Virus record (IMG/VR): IMGVR_UViG_3300027028_000045
Coordinates: 2,307-66,306 of that record
From: a virus
Strand: one strand, 5' to 3'
DNA length: 64,000 bases
Each line of letters begins with the position of its first letter. Positions within the stretch are counted from its first letter, which is position 1. A model generated the notes under the pieces. That model saw nothing but the letters and a program-made list of their open reading frames with translations. It had not been told where the DNA came from and searched no databases. A program made the translations under genes and the position numbers. This document shows positions 18,061-28,288 of this stretch, piece after piece.

Positions 18061-18593
18061 CCGCCGCCAAGCCTATCCGCATCCTTGCGCTAGACATATC
18101 AACTAATCCAGGCTTCGCAGTCCTCGAGGTTAAGCACCTAAAGTCTGGACCGCGTATCAACCTCGTACACGTAACGTCTGTCAGCACGTCAAGCCAATCG
18201 CCGGATAGCCATCGATACTCTTACATCGAAGCTGCAACAACAATGGTTCTGCACGAATACGGACCGTTTGACGTAGTTGTCCGCGAACATTTCACTGGCG
18301 GTCGAAATAAGAGGGCGACGCAAACAGTGTTCGGAGCATGGTCGGTCATTGATATGGCGCTTGGTAAATATGGATACAAGGCCGATGTAGAGATACCGCC
18401 GACCACAGTTAAACGGGATGTGACCGGAAAAGGCAGCGCATCAAAGGACGAAGTAGAGGCGGGGGTAAGGCGTATGCTTGCGTTACCGGATGACTTTACG
18501 TTTCGTACGGATGATGAATCGGATGCGGTGGCGGTTGGGCTTTCGTATATGGTTCGTGAAGGCGTAATTGAGAAACCGAAAGGGGCGAAATAG
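18057..18593 (+). CDS. Holliday junction resolvase, RuvC-like
   Basis: ILALDIS, VVREH, PTTVK...GKGSASKDEV, DDESDAVAVG. Confidence 0.88.
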   Translation: MTAAKPIRILALDISTNPGFAVLEVKHLKSGPRINLVHVTSVSTSSQSPDSHRYSYIEAATTMVLHEYGPFDVVVREHFTGGRNKRATQTVFGAWSVIDMALGKYGYKADVEIPPTTVKRDVTGKGSASKDEVEAGVRRMLALPDDFTFRTDDESDAVAVGLSYMVREGVIEKPKGAK

Positions 18594-18893
18594 ATGCGTG
18601 TAGAGATTAACGTCGCTAACGGAAGCGGTCGCAAGTGGATTGACGAACAGCACTACGTTGATATGTCGAGCTACGCAACGAAATGGACGACCACGCTAAA
18701 TTTCTCCGCGTGGAAGAAAGGCGAGGCGGCTTCGCTCGGTTTCTACGACCGCACGTACTTTTCGTGGCAGCGAGTGCTTCCGCATAAGATCGCCTGGAAG
18801 ATTGCGAAGACACAATTACGGAGTCATGTACGGAATTTGAATCGTGAGTTAAAGAAACGCGGTCATGACCTTACGTTAGAAATGAAAATATAG
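18594..18893 (+). CDS. hypothetical phage protein
   Basis: 99-aa ORF abutting the previous gene. Confidence 0.65.
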   Translation: MRVEINVANGSGRKWIDEQHYVDMSSYATKWTTTLNFSAWKKGEAASLGFYDRTYFSWQRVLPHKIAWKIAKTQLRSHVRNLNRELKKRGHDLTLEMKI

Positions 18894-18905
18894 GAGGCGG
18901 AATAA

Positions 18906-19415
18906 ATGGGGATCATTACATTGTCGTTACTTGTTGCCGTTATTGTCGCAATTGTAGTGATTACAGATTCGTACGGATATGTTGAATTTTTCGATGTCCT
19001 GATCGGTGTTTTCCTCGGAATCTTCTGCGGGGTCGCTGTATTTTTAGTTGCGGCTGTACCGTCGTTTTTTCTCGAAACGAAAACGGTTGAGCCGCGTAAA
19101 ACGGAGATATACTCGATTAAAGATAACGCTAAAACGAGCGGGAGTTTCGTACTAGGTTCCGGAACAGTTGACGAGAATCAGTATTTTTATTTTATAGAGG
19201 AGAAATCCGGATTTAAAACGGTTAGCAAAGCGTCAGTTGAAGATTCGAAGATGAAGGAAGGTTCATACGAAAAGCCTTACGTTCTCACTTATGACATCCA
19301 GTATAAATCGCCCATTGCACGATTCTTCTACGGCAAAAGCACGGGTAAAAACACGTACGAATTTTACTTACCGGAAGGCACGATTACGACCGACTATAAA
19401 ATCGATATGGAGTGA
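18906..19415 (+). CDS. membrane-anchored hypothetical protein
   Basis: Two N-terminal hydrophobic helices; GSFVLGSG motif. Confidence 0.7.
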   Translation: MGIITLSLLVAVIVAIVVITDSYGYVEFFDVLIGVFLGIFCGVAVFLVAAVPSFFLETKTVEPRKTEIYSIKDNAKTSGSFVLGSGTVDENQYFYFIEEKSGFKTVSKASVEDSKMKEGSYEKPYVLTYDIQYKSPIARFFYGKSTGKNTYEFYLPEGTITTDYKIDME

Positions 19416-19675
19416 TTCGGATGAATAAACACGAAGAATATACGATTAAAATTGCATGCGCATTAGAGGAAGTATTTAACGAGGATTCCGAGCATTTTAT
19501 TGCGGAATTAAAGAACGTCGATCTAACGGCATTCTATACAGCGGCCAATGCTGCGTTAGGAATAATGTTCAACCGACATACAGGCGACCAAAAGAACGCG
19601 ATTGAATTTACGCATTTGCTTAACGGATTGGCGGTTCAGAAAGCGATCGAGAGCGTAGAGAAGGGGGCGGAATAG
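19412..19675 (+). CDS. hypothetical phage protein
   Basis: Coupled ORF. Confidence 0.65.
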   Translation: MIRMNKHEEYTIKIACALEEVFNEDSEHFIAELKNVDLTAFYTAANAALGIMFNRHTGDQKNAIEFTHLLNGLAVQKAIESVEKGAE

Positions 19676-19873
19676 ATGGAAAACGGGTTTTTTCTTATCG
19701 CAGGTAAAACGGAAGGATTCGATTACAAAGACGCGAAGGTTCTGAGATGTGGCGACGAGTATGACGTTGAGGCGTTAATCAATTCGTTAAGGGGCGAAGG
19801 TTATACGATCTTCTATGTTACGAAAATCGGGGAACGAATTGACGACAATCTGACGAAGGAGGCTATCGAATGA
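19676..19873 (+). CDS. hypothetical phage protein
   Basis: Coupled ORF. Confidence 0.6.
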   Translation: MENGFFLIAGKTEGFDYKDAKVLRCGDEYDVEALINSLRGEGYTIFYVTKIGERIDDNLTKEAIE

Positions 19874-20094
19874 TTACGAGACTCTCGATTTGGTGGTTGA
19901 GGAAGCGGAAACTAACAGTTATGATCGGGCACGACATTACCAGCGGAGAGATTAAGGCGCGATATAACAAAGTCTTTTTATACGACAATAACCTAAGAGA
20001 TGGGGTGTTTAAAGACCTGAACGACATTCCGTTTAATGTACCGGAAGGCAAGTTCACTTATAAACGCGCAAAGGAGGCCGGGGCAAATGGATAA
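19870..20094 (+). CDS. hypothetical phage protein
   Basis: Coupled ORF. Confidence 0.55.
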   Translation: MITRLSIWWLRKRKLTVMIGHDITSGEIKARYNKVFLYDNNLRDGVFKDLNDIPFNVPEGKFTYKRAKEAGANG

Positions 20095-20440
20095 AGCGAT
20101 GGTTTACATCGACAAATTAGCCGCAAAGCTCGGGGTGGCGGCGGAACATGTTTACGGGGTGCTCGTTAAGCAGGCGGTGGTTGGCGGAGGTGTAAGTATC
20201 GGCGCTTCATTAGTTCTTTTATTAATTGCGATAGTAATTCCGATATTGTGCATGCGAGAAGCCAAAAGACGCAAAGGTGTAATACCTGACGGTTTAGCTA
20301 TCGCCTTTGGTTGGTGCGTTTTCATCTCGGTGTTTCTGTTAATACTCGCTTGCATTTTGGGTGTAAACGGAATAAAAGCGGTTTTGAATCCGGAATACTA
20401 CGCAATCATAGAAATCCTCGACACGATTGGAGGTAAATGA
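20087..20440 (+). CDS. membrane protein
   Basis: ATG 20087 after AAGGAGG; two hydrophobic segments; C-terminal LNPEYYAI. Confidence 0.7.
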   Translation: MDKAMVYIDKLAAKLGVAAEHVYGVLVKQAVVGGGVSIGASLVLLLIAIVIPILCMREAKRRKGVIPDGLAIAFGWCVFISVFLLILACILGVNGIKAVLNPEYYAIIEILDTIGGK

Positions 20441-20646
20441 CGATGGAATACGGAGATATTTTCGTTGCGCCTATCGCAAATTTACTCGACATGAAGCGGC
20501 GGCTTGAATCGGATTTAGGCGACCATGAATACGCACTGGGTCGGCTTGAACTGAAACGCGTCGAAACGGAGATCGAGCGTGACCGGACGGCTGCTAGAAT
20601 TGTGGAATTAGAAACGGAAATTGAACGGAGAGGTGGGCGCAGATGA
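20437..20646 (+). CDS. small coiled-coil protein
   Basis: Coupled ORF with heptad pattern. Confidence 0.6.
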   Translation: MTMEYGDIFVAPIANLLDMKRRLESDLGDHEYALGRLELKRVETEIERDRTAARIVELETEIERRGGRR

Positions 20647-21141
20647 CGGACAGCAGCGACACTATTTACGCCAAGGCGATGGAAGAAGCGTCCAAAGTTC
20701 TCGGCGCAGATCCGGCGTACTTTGGCGAAGCAGGTAGCGCAGAGGTTGAACGGCAGTTAAATAAGTTAGGACGAAGCATGGACGATATCAGAAAGGGTGA
20801 CCGTGGATGAGAACGAGAGAAGAAATAGAGACGGAACTATTCGAAATTTACGAAATGATCGAAGTCGGAAAAAGCGAAATTGAAGACTTAGAAAGAGAGG
20901 TTAGTCACGCGTATGAAAAAGTGTGCAAACTAGAAGCCGAACTTTCTACGTTAGATGAATCGGAAGGTGAAGCCGATTGATTACGTACATTGCGTTATTC
21001 AGCCTCGCGATTCTCATTATATTTGTTGGCGGCACAAAGGCGAAAACATACGAAGAAATCACGACGAAAATCGCAGGCCTCGTCCTGTTGATCATTCCTA
21101 CTGCGGTTTTATTAGCGTACGCGACCGGAGTTCAGCCGTGA
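20643..21141 (+). CDS. three coupled small ORFs (20643-20810, 20807-20980, 20977-21141; the last is a membrane protein)
   Basis: Hand-translated 55-, 57- and 54-aa ORFs linked by ATGA/TTGA overlaps. Confidence 0.55.
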
Positions 21142-21494
21142 TCGTATATTTCTACTCGCTGACGGGAAACGTACGGCGGTTCATCGCTAAGACCGGCTTA
21201 GGTGGCCAGGTACGCGAAATCAAGACGGGCAAGGTCGTAGAAGAACCGTTCGTGCTGGTAACACCGACATACGACTTCGGTCAGCCGCCCGCAACGGTAA
21301 GCGAATGGCTTAAGGATAACGGCGACTTGATGGTCGGGGTGGCAGCGTCGGGCAATCGTAACTGGGGCGACGGCTTCGGTGCGGCTGCTGACGTTATTGC
21401 GACGCTTTACGACGTGCCGGTGATCGGCAAATTCGAATTAACAGGGACGGATGAGGACGTTCAATTATTCACGGAAAGGGTGAAGGCGCTTTGA
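21138..21494 (+). CDS. nrdI: class Ib ribonucleotide reductase flavodoxin NrdI
   Basis: GTG start; YFYSLTGNVRRF, TPTYDFG, ASGNRNWG, KFELTG. Confidence 0.93.
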   Translation: MIVYFYSLTGNVRRFIAKTGLGGQVREIKTGKVVEEPFVLVTPTYDFGQPPATVSEWLKDNGDLMVGVAASGNRNWGDGFGAAADVIATLYDVPVIGKFELTGTDEDVQLFTERVKAL

Positions 21495-23578
21495 AGCGAC
21501 ACATCGAGTTAAATAACGAAATTATGATTAAAAAAGACGGACGGTTTCAATTCGAGAAAGACGAAGAGGCCGTCCGTGCTTATTTTATAGACTACGTAAA
21601 TCAAAACACCGTATTTTTCCACGATTTAAAAGAAAAGCTCGACTATCTACGCGACAACGATTACTACGAAACCGATTTTCTAGACGCTTATACATTCGAG
21701 GAAATCAAGGCGGTCTATAAAACGACTTATGCCGCCAAGTTCCGATTCCCTTCGTTCATGAGCGCATTCAAATTCTACAACGACTACGCGCTGAAGACGA
21801 ACGACCGTAAGAAGATTCTCGAACGCTACGAAGATCGCATCGCTTGCTGTGCGTTGTACTTCGGAAAAGGTGACGGCGCCAAAGCGATCGAGTTTGCGAA
21901 ACTAATGATCCGCCAGGAATATCAGCCCGCGACGCCTACGTTTTTAAATGCCGGACGCAAACGAAGAGGCGAGATGGTATCGTGTTTTCTGCTCGAAGTT
22001 AACGATTCGCTGAACGATATTTCACGCGCAATCGACATTTCGATGCAGCTATCGAAGTCGGGCGGAGGCGTTTCGCTTAACCTCTCAAAGATTCGCGCAA
22101 AAGGTGAGTCGATTAAGGACGTTGCTGGGGCGACTAAAGGCGTAGTCGGCGTTATGAAGCTACTCGACAATGCGTTCAGATATGCGGATCAAATGGGCCA
22201 GCGGCAGGGCGCAGGTGCAGCGTATCTAAACGTATTCCACGCGGACATAAACGATTTCCTAGATACGAAGAAAATCTCGGCAGATGAAGACGTCCGAGTC
22301 AAAACGTTATCGATTGGCGTTGTGGTGCCCGACAAATTCATCGAACTAGCGCGAGAAGACCGACCGGCTTACGTTTTCTATCCGCATACGGTCTATAAGG
22401 CGTACGGCACGCATTTAGACGAAATGGATATCGGCGCAATGTACGATGAACTCGTGAATAATCCGGCGGTGCGGAAGGAACGTATTAACCCGCGCCAGCT
22501 ACTCGAAAAGATGGCCGTTCTGCGTTCAGAGTCGGGGTATCCGTACATGATGTTTCAAGACAACGTTAACCGAGAGCATGCGCTGAACCATATCAGCCGC
22601 GTTAAGTTCTCGAATCTCTGTTCGGAGGTGCTTCAGGCTTCGACCGTCTCGGAATACACCGACTATGGCGAACCGGACGATATCGGCTTAGATATTTCGT
22701 GCAACCTCGGCTCTCTTAATATCGCGAATGTAATGGCGGGTGGATCGATCGAAAACGCCGTCAAACTAGCCGTCGATGCGCTGACCGTAGTTTCGGAGTC
22801 TACGAATATCAAAAACGCGCCAGCCGTCGCAAAGGCTAACCGTGAGATGCGTTCTATCGGACTAGGTGCGATGAATTTACACGGCTATCTAGCGCAGAAT
22901 GGCGTCGCGTATGAATCGGAAGAAGCGCGGGACTTTGCTAACGTGTTTTTCGCAACGGTTAACTACTGGACGTTAGTGCGCTCGAATGAATTGGCGCAGG
23001 AAACGGGATCAACATTTGAAGGCTACGAGGGATCTAAGTATGCAAGCGGAGAGTATTTCGAGATTTATTTCGAAGGTGATTACCGACCAAAGACGGATAA
23101 AGTGCGGGCACTGTTTAAAGACATCGTAATCCCGACGCCGCTCGAATGGGAAGTCTTACGCGATAACGTAAATATGCACGGACTCTACCACGCCTATAGA
23201 CTTGCGATTGCGCCTAACGGATCTATTTCGTATGTGCAGTCGGCTACGGCTTCGGTCATGCCGATCATGGAGCGTATTGAGGAACGGACTTACGGAAACT
23301 CGAAGACGTACTATCCAATGCCGGGATTATCGCCGCAAAACTGGTTCTTCTATAAAGAAGCGTACGATATGGATATGTTTAAAGTGGTCGATATGATCGC
23401 AACGATTCAGCAGCACGTCGATCAAGGAATCAGCTTTACACTATTCCTGAAAGATACGATGACAACGCGTGATCTGAATCGGATTGACCTGTACGCGCAC
23501 CACAAAGGTATCAAGACGCTTTATTATGCGCGGACGAAGGATACGGGTCAGGAAGGTTGCTTATCATGCGCGGTGTAA
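21491..23578 (+). CDS. nrdE: class Ib ribonucleotide reductase alpha subunit
   Basis: PATPTFLNAG, VSCFLL, SNLCSE, APNGSIS, C-terminal CLSC; uninterrupted 695 aa. Confidence 0.97.
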   Translation: MKRHIELNNEIMIKKDGRFQFEKDEEAVRAYFIDYVNQNTVFFHDLKEKLDYLRDNDYYETDFLDAYTFEEIKAVYKTTYAAKFRFPSFMSAFKFYNDYALKTNDRKKILERYEDRIACCALYFGKGDGAKAIEFAKLMIRQEYQPATPTFLNAGRKRRGEMVSCFLLEVNDSLNDISRAIDISMQLSKSGGGVSLNLSKIRAKGESIKDVAGATKGVVGVMKLLDNAFRYADQMGQRQGAGAAYLNVFHADINDFLDTKKISADEDVRVKTLSIGVVVPDKFIELAREDRPAYVFYPHTVYKAYGTHLDEMDIGAMYDELVNNPAVRKERINPRQLLEKMAVLRSESGYPYMMFQDNVNREHALNHISRVKFSNLCSEVLQASTVSEYTDYGEPDDIGLDISCNLGSLNIANVMAGGSIENAVKLAVDALTVVSESTNIKNAPAVAKANREMRSIGLGAMNLHGYLAQNGVAYESEEARDFANVFFATVNYWTLVRSNELAQETGSTFEGYEGSKYASGEYFEIYFEGDYRPKTDKVRALFKDIVIPTPLEWEVLRDNVNMHGLYHAYRLAIAPNGSISYVQSATASVMPIMERIEERTYGNSKTYYPMPGLSPQNWFFYKEAYDMDMFKVVDMIATIQQHVDQGISFTLFLKDTMTTRDLNRIDLYAHHKGIKTLYYARTKDTGQEGCLSCAV

Positions 23579-23940
23579 CTAAGGACGTTATTTCGAAAGG
23601 CTCTTTAAAAGCGTATGTAAATCGCAAAGAAAATTCCGTTAAAGTGGTAATAAACGATGAATTCGAGATAGTGCTTGAAGGAACGACCGACGGTATGGGC
23701 GCTAAGAAAATAATACGAAGCGGTTACTTTGAGTTGGGTGATGTGCAGGCTTTTTATGAGGACGTTAACACAAAACTAATAAAAGGAGAACTTAAAAGAC
23801 TTAGTCAGAAGCTGTCTGATATGTACGAGAATGCAGAGAAAATACCGGGATTTTTCATGTACAGCAAAGATGTTGAAAGAAAGACAGATGAAGTCGCATT
23901 CGAAATTACAAATATCAAATCACACGGAATCCCTGAATAA
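23566..23940 (+). CDS. AT-rich hypothetical protein inserted after nrdE
   Basis: 124-aa ORF; base composition shifts relative to the nrd genes. Confidence 0.6.
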   Translation: MRGVTKDVISKGSLKAYVNRKENSVKVVINDEFEIVLEGTTDGMGAKKIIRSGYFELGDVQAFYEDVNTKLIKGELKRLSQKLSDMYENAEKIPGFFMYSKDVERKTDEVAFEITNIKSHGIPE

Positions 23941-23942
23941 TT

Positions 23943-24107
23943 TTATAATTTTTTAGGGTTCGGCTGATCTTTTGATATTATCCAGGTCTTGCCTATCTTT
24001 TTACATTCAATTTTGTCGTTAGCACAGAGATTTTTTATATAACCGGGTGAAAGCCCCCACAACTCGGAGGCTTCATCTACACCCATAATTTTATTTAGCA
24101 CAGTCAT
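23943..24107 (-). CDS. small excisionase-like (HTH_17-type) DNA-binding protein, 54 aa
   Basis: Not in the ORF track; hand translation MTVLNKIMGVDEASELWGLSPGYIKNLCANDKIECKKIGKTWIISKDQPNPKKL; TAATG coupling to the upstream ORF. Confidence 0.78.
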   Translation of the reverse strand: MTVLNKIMGVDEASELWGLSPGYIKNLCANDKIECKKIGKTWIISKDQPNPKKL

Positions 24108-24355
24108 TATTGATAATACACTCCGATTCCATAAAGGTCATTAATGTGTTTGATAGTTCTTTTAGAGTAAAGTTCTTGACTACCATTATCCCATTGCACT
24201 TCCCAAAAGTCACCAAAAAAATTAGAAGTTTCAGCGATGATTTTTCCATTTCTTGCCGGGTCTTTTTCACTCTGTCCAGGACCATCTATGCTTATTACTG
24301 CTTTGCCCACCATATCATTTACGTAGTTATTAGTGAATTCGATTAATTCAGCCAT
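24107..24355 (-). CDS. small acidic hypothetical protein, 82 aa
   Basis: AAAGGAGG RBS and its own sigma-A promoter; first gene of a reverse-strand two-gene operon. Confidence 0.75.
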   Translation of the reverse strand: MAELIEFTNNYVNDMVGKAVISIDGPGQSEKDPARNGKIIAETSNFFGDFWEVQWDNGSQELYSKRTIKHINDLYGIGVYYQ

Positions 24356-24373
24356 TTTATTTCCTCCTTTAAT

Positions 24374-24427
24374 ATGCGTTATCGCATCTCTTGTTTATAA
24401 TATATCATGTGCGTTATCGCATGTAAA
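24374..24427 (-). promoter_or_regulatory. sigma-A promoter with two palindromic operators
   Basis: TTTACA-17-TATATT with an extended TG; (A/G)TGCG-TTAT-CGCAT at 24374-24387 and 24409-24422. Confidence 0.75.
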
Positions 24428-24462
24428 GGGGTTTATTAAACTTTTTTGAGGAGGACGAATAA

Positions 24463-25437
24463 TTGACGACATTTACAGCGGCCAACTGGTCGCAATCAGA
24501 CGATAATTTCACGGCTATGTTCTACGATCAGAACGTCAAGCAGTTTTGGCTACCGGAGGAAATCTCGCTTAATGGCGACCTACTCGCGTGGCACGAACTC
24601 AAGCCAGCCGAACGCGATACGTATATGAAAGTGCTCGCCGGCCTGACGCTGCTAGATACGGAACAAGGCAATACCGGCATGCCTGCGATTATGGCGCACG
24701 TAGACGGCCATCAACGCAAAGCCGTCCTTAACTTCATGGCGATGATGGAGAACGCGGTGCATGCGAAGTCCTATTCGAACATCTTCTTAACGCTGGCGCC
24801 TTCGGAAACTATTACGGCCGTCTTCGAGTGGGTTAAAGAGAACCGGTACTTGCAACGCAAAGCGAAGCTGATCACCGACCTTTATCGCGATATCAAGGCA
24901 GGTGACGATATTTCGTTGTATAAAGCGATGGTCGCTTCGGTGTATCTCGAAAGTTTCCTATTCTACAGCGGCTTTTATTATCCGTTGTATTTCTACGGAC
25001 AGGGGCGGATGATGCAAAGCGGCGAGATAATTAACCTTATTATCCGTGACGAAGCGATCCATGGCGTCTACGTCGGTTTGCTTGCGCAGGAAATATACAA
25101 CCGTCAGACGGACGACGTGAAGGCGGATTTACACGAATGGTCGGTCGGGTTATTAGCGGATCTATACGAAAACGAGGTCGCATATACGGACGATGTATAC
25201 GGAACGGTCGGCTTGGCGCATGACGTTAAGGCATTCGTTAGGTATAACGCGAACAAGGCGCTCATGAACCTCGGATTCGATGCACACTTTCCGGATGAGC
25301 TGGTCAACCCGATCGTGATTAACGGACTGAGTACGAAGACGAAATCGCAAGACTTCTTCTCGATGAAGGGCACGGGTTATAAAAAAGCGACGGCCGAGGC
25401 GCTTAAAGACGAAGATTTTTATTTTCCCGCCGATTAA
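24463..25437 (+). CDS. nrdF: class Ib ribonucleotide reductase beta subunit
   Basis: [40 protein letters not shown]. Confidence 0.97.
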   Translation: MTTFTAANWSQSDDNFTAMFYDQNVKQFWLPEEISLNGDLLAWHELKPAERDTYMKVLAGLTLLDTEQGNTGMPAIMAHVDGHQRKAVLNFMAMMENAVHAKSYSNIFLTLAPSETITAVFEWVKENRYLQRKAKLITDLYRDIKAGDDISLYKAMVASVYLESFLFYSGFYYPLYFYGQGRMMQSGEIINLIIRDEAIHGVYVGLLAQEIYNRQTDDVKADLHEWSVGLLADLYENEVAYTDDVYGTVGLAHDVKAFVRYNANKALMNLGFDAHFPDELVNPIVINGLSTKTKSQDFFSMKGTGYKKATAEALKDEDFYFPAD

Positions 25438-25472
25438 TGTCCCGATTTCCGCCGCCTACATGCGACTGTATA
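25436..25472 (+). promoter_or_regulatory. candidate phage-sigma promoter, copy 2
   Basis: AATGTCCCGA-N14-ATGCGACTGTATA, same blocks as 8623-8659. Confidence 0.6.
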
Positions 25473-25501
25473 AGTGAAAGCGAAAATAAGGAGCTGATCG
25501 T

Positions 25502-26227
25502 ATGCGACAGACGATTAATCGAGGCGCTTTAATTGCGGCGTCAATCGTGCCGGCATTTTGGTACGCACATGCAGCGGGCTTTTGGTGGTTCGTGGCGGCG
25601 GGAGCGCCGTTCTTACTATACGTAGCAACAATGACGGATGAAGACGGTAAGAAGGCGGAGGAGGTCGAGTAGGTGAAAACATACAAAGTAACCGGCTACT
25701 ATACGGTAACAAAATACGTTGAACGAATTGTTAACGCAAATGATGCGGACGAGGCTGAACGCAAGGCGTGGAGTGAACATTACGTAAGTGAGATAGAAAC
25801 GGGCGAAGATCGCGATGATTTCGAAGTAACGGAAGACACCGTTGAAATAAGTTCGGAGGGCGAGTAGATGAAGTACGTTTTAGCTTCCGTAACAATATTC
25901 GGATTCTTGTCGTGGCTGGGATTCTTTAGTCCGTCGATTATCGAAGCAGTTATCTTATATGTGTCTATTACGTCGGCATTATTAGTTGGCGGTATCGCTA
26001 AAAAGGAGGCCGAGTAGATGTATCGGATTATAATCGAAGCCAAAAACAACTTAAGATATTCCGCAGATGTAGACAGCGGGGGTTTATCTAAATTCATAGA
26101 CGATCATAACTACGAAAATAATGAGTTTATCGATCTGCAGTGTAATCGAACTGATTGGATTTATCATATCAGACGCGGTGATATTACGGGTGTCTCGATT
26201 GAGAATATCGGGGAGGAATCGCAATGA
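25502..26227 (+). CDS. four small coupled ORFs (25502-25672 membrane, 25673-25867, 25868-26017 membrane, 26018-26227)
   Basis: Each has a GGAG-type RBS and abuts the next. Confidence 0.6.
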
Positions 26228-26763
26228 ACGTAAATATTAAACGGCTATCCGCCGACGCAACTACGCCAACATACGCACATTCGACGGACGCCTGCTTCGA
26301 TCTATACGCGGCGGAAGACGTCATTATCGAGCCGGGCGAGACGGTGTTAGTGCCGACGGGCTTGGCGTTCGAGATTCCGCCGGGCTACGAAATGCAAATT
26401 CGACCGCGTTCGGGCATTACGTTAAAGACGCACCTTCGCGTTCAGCTAGGGACGGTAGATAGCGGATATGCGGGCGAGGTCGGCGTGATCGTGGATAATG
26501 CGACAATACTCGGCGCTAAGCATTTGGAGGCCGGACCTCATAGCGTATTTCACAAGCGTGCTTGGCACATCGACACCGCCGATGGGGAACGTATTCATCT
26601 TCCGAGTACAGTCTATTCAGGAACGTACAGTATCCGCAAAGGAGATCGCATAGCTCAAGCAGTCATCAAACCGGTAGAGCAAGCGACCTTTACGGTTGTG
26701 GATGCGCTGGAAGATACGGAACGGGGTGCGGGCGGCTTCGGAAGTAGCGGAGTCGGCAAATGA
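26224..26763 (+). CDS. dut: trimeric dUTPase
   Basis: ACFDL, RPRSG, GTVDSGYAGE, RIAQ, RGAGGFGSSG. Confidence 0.95.
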   Translation: MNVNIKRLSADATTPTYAHSTDACFDLYAAEDVIIEPGETVLVPTGLAFEIPPGYEMQIRPRSGITLKTHLRVQLGTVDSGYAGEVGVIVDNATILGAKHLEAGPHSVFHKRAWHIDTADGERIHLPSTVYSGTYSIRKGDRIAQAVIKPVEQATFTVVDALEDTERGAGGFGSSGVGK

Positions 26764-27308
26764 CGCAAATCTATGCGTGTTTCTTAAACGGAAAACTTTA
26801 CGGAACTGGCGACCTCGCTTATATGAACGACTTATTTCGTGATTGGGTCGTTGATTGCGAAATGTACGGAAAAAATGACGTGACTTTCCGAATAACGACG
26901 GTTGAGAAGATGCGTGAAGTAGTGAAGGAGGCGTAATTTATGGGATTCGAATATGGGTCGTTATTTGTACACGATAGAAAGCTGTGGTTTTTCGAAGGGT
27001 ACTCGACGAATGAAGAAATGTACCAAACGCTCACATTACGAGGAGCTGGCGGTATCCAAGTAGAAGCGCTAGCATCCGAATGCTATTTCTTAGGCGCGCC
27101 GAGCGAATTTGACTACGAAGAAATCGAACAGAACGCAAGGAGGGGCGGATAAATGGTCACAGATAAGTGCGATGAGTGCGGTAAAGATGTGCCCGCAAGA
27201 GGAGTGGTGACGGTGTTTGATGATGGGACATTCGAAGTAAGTGATAACCTTTTCGAAGCCGAGTGCACTGGCTGCGGTCGTAGTTGGTTAATTACTGATT
27301 ATTTATAG
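26760..27308 (+). CDS. three small ORFs (26760-26936, 26940-27152, and zinc-ribbon 27153-27308)
   Basis: Hand translations; the last has CDEC...CTGC. Confidence 0.55.
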
Positions 27309-27496
27309 AAGGAGGCGGAGAGGTGCGAAAAGTTAAAATTGAAGGCTACGTAATCTACGACAAAGACGAATTAATTCACGGAACTTGTGTGACGCACGAA
27401 ATCGACCATTGGTTATTCAACGAAGATTTTCCCCGCGAATGGTCTTTCAGCGCCGTATCGGATGAGGAAATAACGTATGAAGAGGAGGACGAATAA

Positions 27497-28288
27497 ATGG
27501 CGGAAACCAAAATGAACGTACAGCTACTCGCACATACGCAATTAAGCGATAAATTTTATCGATCACTAGACCACGTAAACTACGATTCTACACGCGGTCG
27601 ATGTGTCGGTAACTATTTCGATGATTTCGATCCGACCGACGGCCAAGCAGTCGCCTTATCCGCAATTAGAACGTGCTATAGCGCCAACAAGCCGTCCGAA
27701 ATCGTAGCCAAAGAAGGCGCCAAGTATTTCGGCAACAGCGCATCAGATGGCGGCGAAGGCACGGATGCCGACCGACTATTCCGGCAGATCGTCGCATCGA
27801 AGCATACGTCGACCTTGGAGCACCTAACGTTCACCTTTGCGATCGAAGGCGTCAGCCGCGCCTTATTAGCGCAGTTAACACGCCACCGCGCCGGCTTTAG
27901 CTTCAGCGTCCAATCACAGCGGTATGTGCGAATGGGTAGCGGAGACCGATCAGGTGGATTCGATTACGTGATTCCGAAGGAAGCGAAGATAGGGGCGACG
28001 GAATACGTATTTGTTAGCGCAATGGAGGCGGCGCAAAAGGCTTACGACGATCTCCGTAAAGCCGGTATTCCGGCAGAAGATGCGAGAGCAGTTCTACCGC
28101 AGGCAGCGGCTACTAATCTCGTAATGACCGTTAATCTGCGCGCTCTACTAGACTTCTACGCTAAGAGACGGAAGGGCAACGGCGCCCAGGCGGAAATCGC
28201 CGACCTAGCCGAAGCGCTTCGCCGAGAAGTAGTCGAAGTCGAGCCGTGGACTGCGCAATTCTTCGAGGGGGTGTCTGCATCGGTATAA
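27497..28288 (+). CDS. thyX: flavin-dependent thymidylate synthase
   Basis: HTSTLEH, QLTRHR...SVQSQRY, EDARAVLP, AQAEI. Confidence 0.95.
   Translation: MAETKMNVQLLAHTQLSDKFYRSLDHVNYDSTRGRCVGNYFDDFDPTDGQAVALSAIRTCYSANKPSEIVAKEGAKYFGNSASDGGEGTDADRLFRQIVASKHTSTLEHLTFTFAIEGVSRALLAQLTRHRAGFSFSVQSQRYVRMGSGDRSGGFDYVIPKEAKIGATEYVFVSAMEAAQKAYDDLRKAGIPAEDARAVLPQAAATNLVMTVNLRALLDFYAKRRKGNGAQAEIADLAEALRREVVEVEPWTAQFFEGVSASV

Noticed and set aside
20955-21137. N-terminal extension of NrdI in the track
   Set aside because: Overlaps a coupled membrane ORF in another frame; the NrdI motif begins at GTG 21138
24045-24086. IS200/IS605-like terminal hairpin (GGGTG-AAGCC...GGCTT-CACCC)
   Set aside because: The sequence is the coding region of the 54-aa HTH gene (MGVDEASELWGLSPG); no transposase nearby
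24374-24422. Assigning the TGCG-TTAT-CGCA operators to the 36707 XRE because of the shared CG-WTAW-CG core
   Set aside because: Flanks differ and the cassette has its own HTH gene, the more parsimonious binder; cross-talk is untested
21491-25437. Group I introns or inteins in nrdE/nrdF as in SPbeta
   Set aside because: Both ORFs are continuous and of ordinary length; the insert lies between the genes, not inside them
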